Part shown: in pieces, positions 51,956-64,000 of the stretch
Position numbering within the stretch: position 1 is the first letter of the stretch
Layout: every line of letters begins with the position of its first letter
NCBI RefSeq assembly: GCF_006345805.1
Contig: NC_043003.1
Coordinates: 65,410,001 to 65,474,000 of the forward strand
Source: Octopus sinensis
Taxonomy: Eukaryota
Direction: 5' to 3'
DNA: 64,000 nucleotides
Notes under the pieces: model-generated
What the model saw: the letters and a program-made list of their open reading frames with translations, nothing else
Told to the model about the DNA's origin: nothing
Databases searched by the model: none
Made by a program: the position numbers and the translations under genes

Positions 51956-53003
51956 CACCGTCCTAAATTATTAGGTAGGTCTAATAAAAATGCTAATTAT
52001 TCAAAAATAAACATTTATTTAATCCGACAATAAATTTTTAACAACAAACATAATGATAATGGACTTTATAATGAACATAATAATATGTTTGAATGGAATT
52101 AATACAAGAAATGTGACGTCATAAAGTTCTTAATGGATGTATGATCTCCACATGAGAGAACGTTTCTGTCACGTTTATCCATTGAATTTCTAAAGGTAAC
52201 TATTTCATCAGGTGTAATTCTCGCAGCAGCATCCACAATAGCTTACTAGAGCACATCATTCTTTGAAAACTGCCGACCATCTTGATATACCTTCCTCTTC
52301 AAAACACTCCATAGATTTTCAAACCGGTTTAAATCTGACGAACATGCTGGCCATGTCATCTTAATTCTGTCTGGAACTTCCCGAGGACCAACGAATTAGT
52401 CTGCAATGATGCCAGCCACAATCATGGCCCTGACCCCACCTTTGTTGGCATCTCAAACGGTGAAGGCGATTTCCGTTAATTGCAACCCATCCTTTAATCC
52501 ACCCACCTGGTCCGCCTAGGGTAGCACAGCATTCGTCAGTAAAAGGACTTTTGAAAAATAAATCTTCATGTAGTCTTCTGCCCATTTGACTCAAATCTGT
52601 TTATGAACAGCCTTCAGAAGGGGCCTTCTAACAGGTTTTACGTTCTTGGTTACCTAATTCAAGAGGCGACACCTGGTAGATTTCCAAATGTCTTCCCTAT
52701 CACAACATGTAAACACTACTAGATTAGTCAGGCACGTGGTCTTCGCAGCTTCCCTCGTTATACGTGACAGGGTACGCCTGGAAACAACTCTCGATTTACC
52801 CTTGTCAGTCCTCGAAGGGACAGCAGAAGATACCGAAAATTTCTTCACAGTTCGATGATTTCTTCCCAGGATCTTTGATATTCCCAATGTTTTTGTTTTT
52901 CCTGAGCTCTGTGACAATGGTGGACTTCTCATTTCATGTTAAATCATGTTTTTGACACATAATAACACATTTATTGTGCATTTGCCTAATATTTTAGGAC
53001 GGT
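51956..53003 (-). mobile_element. Tc1-family DNA transposon, internally deleted and decayed
   Basis: TIRs caccgtcctaaattattagg (51956-51975) / cctaatattttaggacggt (52985-53003). Minus-strand fragments: ISKILGRNHRTVKKF (HTH), FTDECCATLGGPGGWIKGW (first D), WPACSSDLNRFENLWSVLKRKVY (catalytic E region). The second-D block is missing. Confidence 0.9.
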
Positions 53004-53199
53004 AAAATTGTTGCTGTTTGACGAAAATGGCCGCCGCTTGTTTACATCTGCGCGGATCTAATATATTTATTGTGAATGCTGGCCATTGGATTCGTGTTAA
53101 GAAAAATAAGAAAATATACCAGAGCACTAACAAATTTTCAATCCGATGACACGGAGAAAGGTGTTCGCCTCCATTTTGGAAAATACAGCATTGTTTATC

Positions 53200-53425
<226 letters not shown>

Positions 53426-53440
53426 GTGTGTATATATACA

Positions 53441-53632
53441 ACTGTGGAGAAATTTGTAGCGTCTTCTACTGTCAGTTCGCGAACTGTCAAGGGTAAATCG
53501 AAGTTTCTTTCCAGGCGTACCCAGTCAAGTATAACGAGAAATTTTGCGAAGACCACGTTTCTGACTAATCGGATAGTGTTTACATGTTGTGGTAGGGAAG
53601 ACATTTCGAAATCTACCAGGTATCGACTCCTG
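53441..53632 (+). pseudogene. Inverted partial copy of the Tc1 transposase N-terminal region
   Basis: TVEKFVASSTVSSRTVKGKSKFLSRRTQSSITRNFAKTTFLTNRIVFTCCGREDISKSTRYRLL aligns with the ORF at 52654-52932 (-). Confidence 0.85.
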
Positions 53633-53671
<39 letters not shown>

Positions 53672-53672
<1 letters not shown>

Positions 53673-53765
53673 AGACTTTTTCACTTTCCCGAGCGTCAAA
53701 CTAATACCCCTGTTTGTTGTTTATACACATGTCTTAGTCTTTTGTTTTTCTGTAAATTTCAACTA
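53672..53765 (+). repeat. Family C repeat tail lacking the HHR core
   Basis: aagactttttcactttcccgagcgtcaaactaatacccctgtttgttg. Confidence 0.7.
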
Positions 53766-53872
53766 TATTTATATAGAAATATATATACACACACACACAT
53801 ATATATATATGCACACACACATACATACATATATCTATTTATCTGTCTATCTATCTATCTATCTATCTATCA

Positions 53873-53992
<120 letters not shown>

Positions 53993-55305
53993 AGTACTAT
54001 GTAAATAAGTAATGCGTTATTAATTTTACTTATAATCATTATCCTCAGTGTTGATTCTTGTCCTTGTTTATTTGTCTGAATGTCTGTCTATAGATTTCAT
54101 TATGCATATGTAATTCTGTTCCTTCCCTCCCACGAAACACGTGTACGCTAAATAAATCATTAATACCGACTACATTTCCGATGTTTTCTCTTATATATAT
54201 ACACCGTGCTGACTCACCTATCTGGAGTCACGAAGACTCTATAACCACGTCGGAGTTCAATGTAAAACTGATGGACACCATCTACACCCTTACATAGCAT
54301 ATAGCACCTTTCAGGTTTTTTTAACTACACTCACACACACACAAACAAACACACATGCATAAATACACCAACACATACATATGTATATACATATATATAT
54401 ATAATGTTTGCTTAAACTAATTGAAGTATTGTAAACATAAAACGTATAATATAACCCCACTTTATAAGATGAAATACAAAAAAAATTACCATATAATTTT
54501 GTTTATATAGTTTATACAGTAAAATTAAGTGAATTACAAATGATAGATGTATGTTAACTAAACCGTGTAATCGAAAAGTTTGAGTGCACAGCGTATGTAC
54601 CTTCGCAAAACAGGACTGTATTTTTGAGAATGTGTCTGCGCGTTTTTTTTTATTTCTTCGTGTCTTTAAATGTGTAAATGTGTGTGGAATATACTTTTCT
54701 TAGAAGTTCAAATATTCCTGATAGATTCAAAAAAAAAAAAATGACAAAAACTAAATCACTCAGATATATCAAAATGTTGCACTTGACTTCAAAAGAATAT
54801 TTCACCGAGAGATGTATAATATAATTCAAATTTTCTTTCTATTTGCAGTCAGTTGAGTTTTACATATAATTGTGTACATACACACTCACAGATACCTATA
54901 TGTGTTTTTACACACACGCATTTTCACATACATATAAACTTATATAGACATATAAAAAAATAAAACTATTACCACATACATACATGCACAGATACATGTT
55001 TAGATGTATGCATTTATTTATCATTACTTACATACAGACAGCAGACATACATAGAGATATATACAGGAATGAAGGCCATCAAAGACTTAATTATTCTGTG
55101 TCACACGATCACACTTCTGACTACAGATACAAATTATACGTTAAACTTTTATATAAATTAAATAGCTATAAGGGAAAACTGCGGTGCTTTCGACTAGTTT
55201 CGAGGTTTCGGATCCTATTCTAATGGGGAAAGTGATCAGATTATCCATAGACTAATGAAGGACCTCACTCAAATGCTTACAATAGAATAGACTAAAGTCA
55301 AGTTT

Positions 55306-55492
55306 TATATTTAAGAGGAATTATGTACATTATTTACATTATTTACATTTGACGGATATTTGTCCTCATCTTGTTTGTTTTTAACACAACGTTTCGGCTC
55401 ATATACTCTCCAGCCTTCATCAGGTGTCTTGGGGAAATTTCCAACATGGGTTCACATCCCTAAGCTATTTTTCGATGTTGTTGTTGTTGTTG

Positions 55493-55550
<58 letters not shown>

Positions 55551-55620
55551 CATTCAGGTCACTGCTTGGAATCGAACTCGGAATCGTGGGGTTAGTAGCC
55601 CGCGCTCTTACCACTACGCC
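55306..55620 (-). mobile_element. tRNA-headed SINE-like element carrying a hammerhead ribozyme (family B)
   Basis: Minus strand: GGCGTAGTGG (A box)...GAGTTCGATTCC (B box), (AAT)n spacer, HHR, (TGTAAATAA)n tail. Confidence 0.75.
55383..55428 (-). ncRNA. Minimal type I hammerhead ribozyme motif (family B), intact core
   Basis: GACAC-CUGAUGA-A-GGCU...AGCC-GAAA-CG-UU-GUGUU: stem I 5 bp (one G.U), palindromic stem III AACGUU, triplet GUU. Confidence 0.8.
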
Positions 55621-55656
55621 AATATTCCAAACTCAATTCCAGGCAGCAGTAACCTG

Positions 55657-55825
<169 letters not shown>

Positions 55826-56289
55826 ATAAGCCAACATTGCAACAATAGAGGAGCTGTGTCTGCTTTTATTTACGAGAATAAGGTTAACAATTTCGGTTGC
55901 TTTGCCGATGAGGAGAGGACAATTCACCCAACAGCGTCGTGCATTTTGATAATGTCCTTAAGAATAAAGAATTGGTTCGGATACTCCGGATGCTCATTAT
56001 CTTATGCTACCTTCGATCACATTCTATCTGTATTACTCTATAATGCATGTATGTAGTTATTTAGTTTATTTCAAAATTTCTTGCCAATATTGAAAAACCC
56101 AGTTTGTACTCCAATTTTTATTAGAATAAATATCTGTATGTATGTATGTTTGTATGTGTGTATGTATGGTATGTATGTTTGTATGTCATTATTCAGTTTA
56201 TTTCAAGAGATCTTGCCAATAGAGAACGAATCGGTTTCAACCTAGATCCAAGATCCATTCACTGGAATTTCAGCATCGACAACAGGGAA

Positions 56290-56410
56290 TATTTGTATGT
56301 ATGTATGTATGTATGTATGTATGTATGTATGTATGTATGTATGTATGTATGTATGTATGTATGTATGCATGTATGTGTGTATGTATGTATGTGTGTATGT
56401 ATGTATGTAT
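56290..56410. repeat. (TATG)n microsatellite
   Basis: Directly visible. Confidence 0.9.
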
Positions 56411-56980
56411 GTCTAAATAAACTCCTTAAAATCATGAATCCCGCAAACTTATAACTATCAGAAAAAAGAATGAAACAAAACGTGATTTGTTTTTATACAC
56501 GTCTATTGAGAGTAAATAAATCATTTTCATAGCAATGCAACGCCAATTAATAAGTGACTGACAATATTATCTTTTAAATAACCTTACAGTTTAAAACATT
56601 CCAATGAAATAGCATTTTGCTGGGTTTTTTTTTCCTTTCACAATAAGAATATACCTCTTTTCTTTTTATATAAGGAACAGCGGGTTGAATAACGTGCGCT
56701 ATGTAGAAGAGTAACGCAATAAGCACCTCAAGGTTTTGTTCAGTGAGAGTCAGGTGCTTTTGGCAACATACACCACTTAGTATCAATTACAGTATTAGAT
56801 CCAACAATCAGTCGGAAGATTTGTAAAAGAGACAAAAAGCCGTGTCCGTGGAAACTCCCCATGAAACAAAACCCACGCGAACAAAAGCCCATTTCACAAG
56901 AACCCCTTAAATTAAAATGCAAAATAAAACTAACCCCAGCCCCAATCCCAATTAAAAATGTTTCGGCATCAAAATTTTCA

Positions 56981-56981
56981 G

Positions 56982-57038
<57 letters not shown>

Positions 57039-57057
57039 GTTATTATTATTATTATTA

Positions 57058-57097
<40 letters not shown>

Positions 57098-57098
57098 T
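56981..57098. repeat. (ATT)n microsatellite
   Basis: Directly visible. Confidence 0.95.
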
Positions 57099-58013
57099 TG
57101 AGCAAAATAATTAAAGTTAATTAGGTAATTATTTCCAGTGAACATCCCGGGTCGTTGAAAGATTTCAGATCACGGGTATTCATATTTCAAATCACTAAAA
57201 TTCAATAATTAATAAATTCTTTTTTTTTAATAAATTTTCTTTTTGAAAATTTCAATTAAAATATAATTATAATTTTTAATTATTTCATTTTAACCGCAGG
57301 TGTTTTATCCTGCTTTATATTATTAAAACGAGGCTGTGTTCTGAGAAGAGTTTTGAAAATTGTTCGGTGGGATTTCGTCAGAGCATCGCTGAGAGTGAAT
57401 CCTGTAGCGGGGTTAGCTTATAACTAAAAAGCCGAGTCAAAGAAGATTCGCTGTCCTCTCCAGCGGCGTACGCACCTACTCAAACACATGAAATTAAGTG
57501 TCTATATATTATCCTCAGGAGTTGATTTTTGTTGTTGCTATCGTTATTTATGCATTTCACTAAATTATGATCAACCTATCATTTTTTAAAGCACTGTGCA
57601 CTTTCAGTTATTTTATTCAATACCTTCATGTTTAACTTGTTAGCATGTAAACTGAGATGTTTACCAGCTATATCTAGTATATAGAGGAATTAAGTTAAAT
57701 GCTCTCTTCCTCGCCCCTACTAACTCAGTTTTAATTATGTCTGTTGCTCAGCAGCAAATTAGCCACCATCGAAAAAAATCATTATCAAACTTATTCACTT
57801 GTAACCATTTCATCATTTTTCAGGTATTCCGCACTTCAATTTCTATGATTTGATGTCCAAAATTCTTTTTTCTAAGCATGTAGGGAGAGGGTCTAGCGAG
57901 ATTTAGCATCTATTTCTAGCAAATCCAGTTACTGACATGACACTTTTCCATCGGTCTTTCCTGTCAACTTGATCGTCACTTTAGGCGTTCTTATTTAATG
58001 AACTAAACTTATA

Positions 58014-58293
58014 TAGGCGTGGCTGTGTGGTAAGAAATTTGCTTCTTAACCACCTGGTTCCGGGTTCAGCCTCACTGCATGGCACCTTGGGTGTGTGTCT
58101 GCGTTTGTATCCACGCCATCGGTTGACAACCGATTCTGGCATATTTATGTCCCCGTAATTTTGCGGTTCGGCAAAAGAAAGCAATAGGATAAATACTAAG
58201 CTTACAAAGAATCAATCCTGGAGTCAATTTCTTCGACTAACACCCTTCAAGATGGTGATCCAGCATGGCCGCAGTCAAAGTAAAAGAATACAA
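58014..58293 (+). mobile_element. SINE family 1 with an internal deletion
   Basis: ggcgtggctgtgtggtaag...ggcaccttgg jumps to gtgtgtgtctgcgtttg...gacaaccga...cagcatggccgcagtc. Confidence 0.85.
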
Positions 58294-59019
58294 GAATATT
58301 TAACGTGCCACTGATAGAAGAAAAGACTTATGCTCTTATAGACATACTGGAAATTATTCATATTAAGTTGTGTTAAATATAAGAATAAAAAGTTTTATAC
58401 ATGCCCTTCTGATTACACACTGTCTTGAAATAAAGAACAGAGTTATTGATCGTACAAGCAATCGTGGATACCTCATGCTGCTAGAAGCAACACGTGTTCT
58501 AATTTCAGTTCTCATTGGAGCGTATTGTCGTACTGACTATCCACCAATAGTTTTGAAACTTTATCTGAAAGCATAATTTTATTGCTAGCAACATTCTTTT
58601 GAAGTCAAGTACAATGTTTTTGAAGAAAGTAAGAACAATTTTTAGCTTTTAATCACACGTACTTGAATAGCTTTGAAAATATATTTAAACAGAAAAAATA
58701 AGAAAAAGAAAATATATTAGTCATTCACAGTCAAACACACCACACTCAAGTTTGTATGTATGTATGTATGTATGTATGTATGTATGTATGTATGTATGTA
58801 TGTATGAATGTATGTATGTATGTATGCATTATATATGTATGTGTGTGTGTGTATGTGTGTGTGTGTGAGTACACACGTATGTTTTTGTACAAAGAGACAC
58901 AAATAAATACAAACACGACTATTGATTAATGTGGTGGAGTATGTATTTTGTTGCTCGACTTGGTAAAAATAAGAAACAAATATCACACATATGTCACCTT
59001 ACAGTTTATATCTTCAGCG

Positions 59020-59460
59020 CAGAAGCCGAATGTCCATTGTTGACGCCATAATACAGGGATATCATCAACGCTGTATTTTGATTTGATCAAAGGGCAATTT
59101 GATTGAGTTTACGCGGTGTTAAAGAGTATAACGTTTTTAACTACCATCTTACCTAACTAGTCTTGGTGCTTTCCACAAATACGTTCGCCATATAACATTT
59201 GTTTAGGGATCCTCTGATCATTCATTTGTATACGGTTTCTAGTCCAACGGAAACGGTGCCTGCGCTGCATCACTTTGCTGCACAAGGCATCGGCTGCCCT
59301 CATGATCTACATATCTCGTGTCCACAAGGATCAGTCAACATGCAAAATGTGTCTCAGATATCTCCGTGGGAAGCGTTCAAAGACCCATACATGATGCCCC
59401 TGAAGGGACCATTGTGTAAAGGTGTGACGTTAGCATACATGTGCAGTATAAAGGGACGTT
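59020..59460 (-). pseudogene. RTE-type LINE ORF2 fragment (post-RT region), decayed
   Basis: QWSL...FERFPRRYLRHILHVD*...RFRWTRNRIQMNDQRIPKQMLYGE matches the RTE motif LERFHQRCLR.IL.I.W...LRW.GHV.RM.D.R.PK..LYGE. Confidence 0.8.
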
Positions 59461-60252
59461 TGTTCGTCTTGTCATGTCATACATTAAAACATATCTAAAT
59501 GGCATATTCAAATATATAAAGTTTATAACAGTACAGATCTACACGCATAACAAACCACTATTTGTATGTAAGAGAACGCGTGTTTGTGTGTGAATGTGAG
59601 TGTGCGAGTGCATGTTTATGTGTTCGTATATGTGTCAGCACGCATGTGGCTGGCATTTACTCTTTCGTTACGTTTTTCAAATCTTAAACCAATATTGAAA
59701 ATAACAAACTACAAATTAATAACTATAGTAATAGTTGTAATACTATTATACTATTAAAACCTATATATAACCACTGAGTAATAATATAGAAAAAGTGAAG
59801 AAAAGACTTAGTAAAATGATGTGAAGTTATTTTAACATTTATGCTACGGCTGATTAGCGAGGTGGAAAGAAAACATTTTCGCCAGCCATCTTGCGGAGAC
59901 TAAATGTCTAGACAATCTGCATGAATGAATGTTGTCATGTTAGGATTTAGTTGCGTTGATAAAATAGTTTTGACTCTGAAAATAAGATCAGAATCAGTCA
60001 GCACGATTATTTTGTCAATATGCAAAAATATTCGCTTATTCATGTCTACGGTTACACATGTACCGATCGTATTTTCACTTGATAGTTACCACCAAGAAGT
60101 TTTTAATACATGTTGAAACTAACGAGTTCTTTCTCGCACCACTTAGTAGTAACACACAATGATGACGCTTATGAAAATGGCAACGATAATGATAATAATG
60201 ATGATGACGATGATGACTAAGAAAGAAGTTGACAATAACAATGGTGATAATG

Positions 60253-60254
<2 letters not shown>

Positions 60255-60312
<58 letters not shown>

Positions 60313-60344
60313 CATCATCATTATCATTATCATTATTATTATTC

Positions 60345-60393
<49 letters not shown>

Positions 60394-60395
60394 AT
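60255..60395. repeat. (ATT)n microsatellite
   Basis: Directly visible. Confidence 0.95.
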
Positions 60396-61074
60396 TATGT
60401 TTTGTAGTGTGAAGATGCGAGAATGATTTTGATCCTGTCTTCGAAGAATATTACCAAGTGAAATATTCGTTAGAATAAGTATAGAAAAAAATCTATAATT
60501 GCTGAAGGTAAGGTTGTTCTGAAAGTTCAGGCTGAAGAGAGAACAAAAAAGTTTGTTTTTACAAGAAAATATAATAATATTTCCATTTTACTTCACTAAG
60601 TTATGTTACAAGACTACTCACTACAATGGAAGTAAAACAACAGAAATACAAACCACATGACTAAATATACAAGGGGGAAAGAATTAAAATGTACACTTTA
60701 GCGAACACTTTGTCCGAAAAACTAAAATAACAAATGTCCGAAATATAAAATATTTTATCTTGAAGAAGGCGAAAGTAGAAGCTTGCTAAGGTGGAGCGAC
60801 TTTTACATGTTATCTAATACTTGCATTTGTGTGAAGGCTCACATACTCCTAATACATAATGAAGTATTTGATCTATTACAGTTACAAGAAAAAATATAGG
60901 TGGGAGAGTAACACATGTATAAGACAATACACTAGAGTTATATAAGAAATTATCAAGGCAACATGTGGCAGAGCGATGTAACTCAACCGATCCAGTAAAC
61001 CTTGTTATTTCCTGAAATCATATTTATTGTACTTTGTTTATTATGTCTATGTATATGTATGGTCATGTTTGCAG

Positions 61075-61250
<176 letters not shown>

Positions 61251-61974
61251 GTGCTTTCTCGCCTTTACAGAAATATAAAAAAAGCAAAATATGGCAAAAA
61301 TGTTCATTTTTGCACTCCATGTTAAAATCGACACTGAACTAACAGCTGTAAACAAAATTACGCGCAAAAATTACGCGTAACGGCTATCAAATGTCAAAAC
61401 GGAAAAGAATCATGACTTTGTCAAAAGTCATTTGAAAAAATCGTATCGCTATGTATTTGTGAAAAACGAAAATACTTTCTTGCCATCCCAATATATACAG
61501 ATGTATAGATGTATACATATATACGCAAATCTTTAAAACTTAATATACATATACTGTATGATAACTTTTATCCATTCCTTTCATAAAATATAAATGTGGC
61601 CCGTCACACTCTACAACCTCTAATGAACACTTTGAAAGCTTGGTATCTCTCGACCCATTTTGGCTAACCCAGAGAAATTTTGGCTTTCGACTATGAGGTT
61701 TAAGTAGAATGCATTTGCAGTTGACTTAATGGATTGTAACCAAAGCAAAATTTGGTTCTGTACTCATTAGTCTTTATTTTGATGTTGTCATGATAAATAT
61801 TGAGTCTATCAAATACAGGTAATGTTAAGTTTGTTTGTTTCCAAGAATCAAAATAAAATTTTCTCTTCCTCACCATCAACGACTTTTCTGTTTTTTCTCT
61901 TTTTTTCTGTGTTTCCCAATTCTTTACATGGCTTCACATTTTGGCACGATGCTAACAATTTTAAGAGGACGGGT

Positions 61975-62152
61975 TAGTAGGCTATATCGACATCAGTACT
62001 CAATTGTAGTTTATATAGTTTACTACATCGGCCCTAAAAAGATAGTAGGCAGAGACAGCGTCCGGGCGGAATTTGAACTCAGAGCGTAAAGAGCCGGGAG
62101 AAGTGCCATTCAGCATTTTTTTCGCAGTGCAAACGAGTCTGCCAGCTCGCAG
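61975..62152 (-). mobile_element. SINE family 4, degenerate
   Basis: gggcggaatttgaactcagagcgtaaag...tctgccagctcgc. Confidence 0.7.
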
Positions 62153-62202
62153 CCTAAACAACAACAACAGCAACAACAACAGTAATAATAGTAATAATAA
62201 CT

Positions 62203-62708
62203 TCACCATTCAAGTTGACAGAAAGGCCAGACATTATATTGAATGTCTTCAGACAAAACTCATGCCTCCTCATTGATATGACTGTCGCAATCGACATAAA
62301 TGTATCAGTCAAGACCAACCAAAAACTGAGCAAATATAAATATCTTGAAATAGAAATTGGCAAAATGTGGAACCTGAAGACTAAAACATTACATGTTGTC
62401 ATATGTGCCCTAGGAATGATAGCAAAAGGGGATGACTCCTACCTAGCTCAGATACCAGGAAACCCCGAAATAAAAGAAATTCAAAAGATAGTGCTCATAG
62501 GAACTGTCAATATCCTACATAAAATACTATCTCTGTAATATCAAATTTTAAAACAAACTCATAATTTTTTAATGTTTTCTTAAACATTCTCTAGAACAGT
62601 ATTATGTGCAAAACCAAATATATGACACCCTAGGCATAACACCAGCATGAACTTGTAACTTGTTGTCTCTTGGAGTCATCTTATACAAATAGAAAGCAAA
62701 AGTCAAAC

Positions 62709-62746
<38 letters not shown>
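62203..62746 (+). mobile_element. 5'-truncated R4/Dong-type non-LTR retrotransposon (restriction-like endonuclease end plus 3' UTR)
   Basis: ORF 62215-62538 RPDII...CLLIDMTVAIDINVSVK...KLSKYKYLEIEIGKMW...VVICALG...IQKIVLIGTVNILHKIL is the PD-(D/E)xK RLE C-terminus. It is flanked by (AAT)n at both ends. Confidence 0.85.
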
Positions 62747-62859
62747 TGATGAAATGATAGACAATCTCGACTCGAGATTTTATGTGTTGACACCAAACGA
62801 ATTCGAAAATTGCCACCATAATATTTTTTTCCCTTCTATCTTCAAATTTTCTTAATAAA

Positions 62860-62898
<39 letters not shown>

Positions 62899-62899
62899 G

Positions 62900-62958
<59 letters not shown>

Positions 62959-62959
62959 G

Positions 62960-63017
<58 letters not shown>

Positions 63018-63058
63018 TGATAATAATGATAACAACAACAATAATAATGACAATAATG
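62860..63058. repeat. (AAT)n microsatellite with a duplicated 60-bp unit
   Basis: 62881-62940 equals 62941-63000. Confidence 0.9.
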
Positions 63059-63059
63059 C

Positions 63060-63275
63060 TTTCTACTGGAAGCACAAGGCCTCAAATTTTGGGAGAAGGG
63101 ATTAAGTTGATTACATCGACCCCAATACGTAACTGCTACTAATTTCATCGACCCCCGAAAGCATGAAAGGCAAATTTCACCTCGGCGGAATTCTAACTGA
63201 AAACCTAACAGCAGACAAAATACAACTAAGCATTTCGCCCGGCACGCTCTTTCGCTTCTGCTAGCTCACCGCCTT
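63060..63275 (-). mobile_element. SINE family 4
   Basis: gattacatcgaccccaatacgtaactg...cctcggcggaatt...ctaagcatttcgcccggc...gctcaccgcc. Confidence 0.85.
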
Positions 63276-63311
63276 CATAATAATAATAATAATAATAACA
63301 ACAACAACAAC

Positions 63312-63345
<34 letters not shown>

Positions 63346-63379
63346 GTAAAAACAATACAAAGAACGGCCAACGATAGAC

Positions 63380-63645
63380 AATAAAATAGATTGACTTTCT
63401 TTAGTGAACTGAACAATATTTCGAAATTGAACGTTTAAAGTTCTGACAGTTACCGAAAACGTTGGGAGTCCAGCGAAAATCGTAATATATATTACAGCTT
63501 TTGCTTCCTTTCACGGTTGACTTGTCAGCCTTGTTAGTTTCGCTAGATGCCAGTTTTGAGACCAATCCAGGACCATTGAACTTTGTATCGACGAACTGTC
63601 GAAATATTGTTCAGTTCAATAAACAAAGTCAATCTGTATTTTATT
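63380..63645. repeat. Inverted repeat with ~45-bp arms (decayed MITE-like)
   Basis: aataaaatagattgactttctttagtgaactgaacaatatttcga (63380-63423) versus tcgaaatattgttcagttcaataaacaaagtcaatctgtattttatt (63599-63645). Confidence 0.75.
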
Positions 63646-63718
63646 ACGTATACCACATAACGCTCTTCTTATTGTGTATTTCCCTTCCTGAAGTGTCTAT
63701 GTTAGTCTTCATAGACTG

Positions 63719-63813
63719 ATAATAATAATAATAATAATGATGATGATGATGATGATAATAATAATAATAATGATAATAATAATAAAAATAATGATGTTGA
63801 TGATGGTGATAAT

Positions 63814-63873
<60 letters not shown>

Positions 63874-63990
63874 AATAATAATAGTAATAGTAATAGTAAT
63901 AATGGCGATGATGATGATGATGATGATGATGATAATGATATGTGATAATAATAGTTATTATTATTATTGTTGTTATTGCTATCATCCTTA
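63719..63990. repeat. Compound (AAT)/(GAT)/(AAC)n trinucleotide block
   Basis: Directly visible. Confidence 0.95.
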
Positions 63991-64000
63991 TCATCATCAT

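Noticed and set aside
54199-54310. Possible minus-strand exon (CYMLCKGVDGVHQFYIELRRGYRVFVTPD) ending in a perfect AG|GTGAGT donor
   Set aside because: No polypyrimidine acceptor, no recognisable protein, and no neighbouring exons; needs RNA-seq.

Overview
Eukaryotic, very AT-rich, repeat-dominated non-coding DNA. The SINE families and microsatellite load look like a coleoid cephalopod, probably Octopus; this is inference from repeat recognition, not a database match. I found no host-gene exon, rRNA or true tRNA that I can support, and almost all listed ORFs are read-throughs of microsatellites or SINEs. The window holds about 30 tRNA-derived SINE copies from several modular families and decayed LINE fragments (RTE with C2H2 fingers, CR1-like, R4/Dong endonuclease, an ORF1 remnant). 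It also holds an internally deleted Tc1 transposon, two Helentron/HINE-like elements, several foldback/MITE structures and Penelope-like element (PLE) remnants. The most notable signal is a set of at least four sequence-unrelated families of minimal type I hammerhead-ribozyme (HHR) motifs, all with a palindromic stem III and mostly inside inverted repeats. These include a G3:C8 core-swapped variant (50424-50474), A6-substituted variants (25052-25087, 42393-42427), canonical copies in the inverted pseudo-LTRs of a PLE (39027-39082, 40422-40476), and one carried by a tRNA-headed SINE-like unit (55306-55620). Repeat boundaries were set by eye and are approximate (about +/-10-20 nt); HHR coordinates were indexed base by base. 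Family labels A-D and SINE 1-4 are my own.
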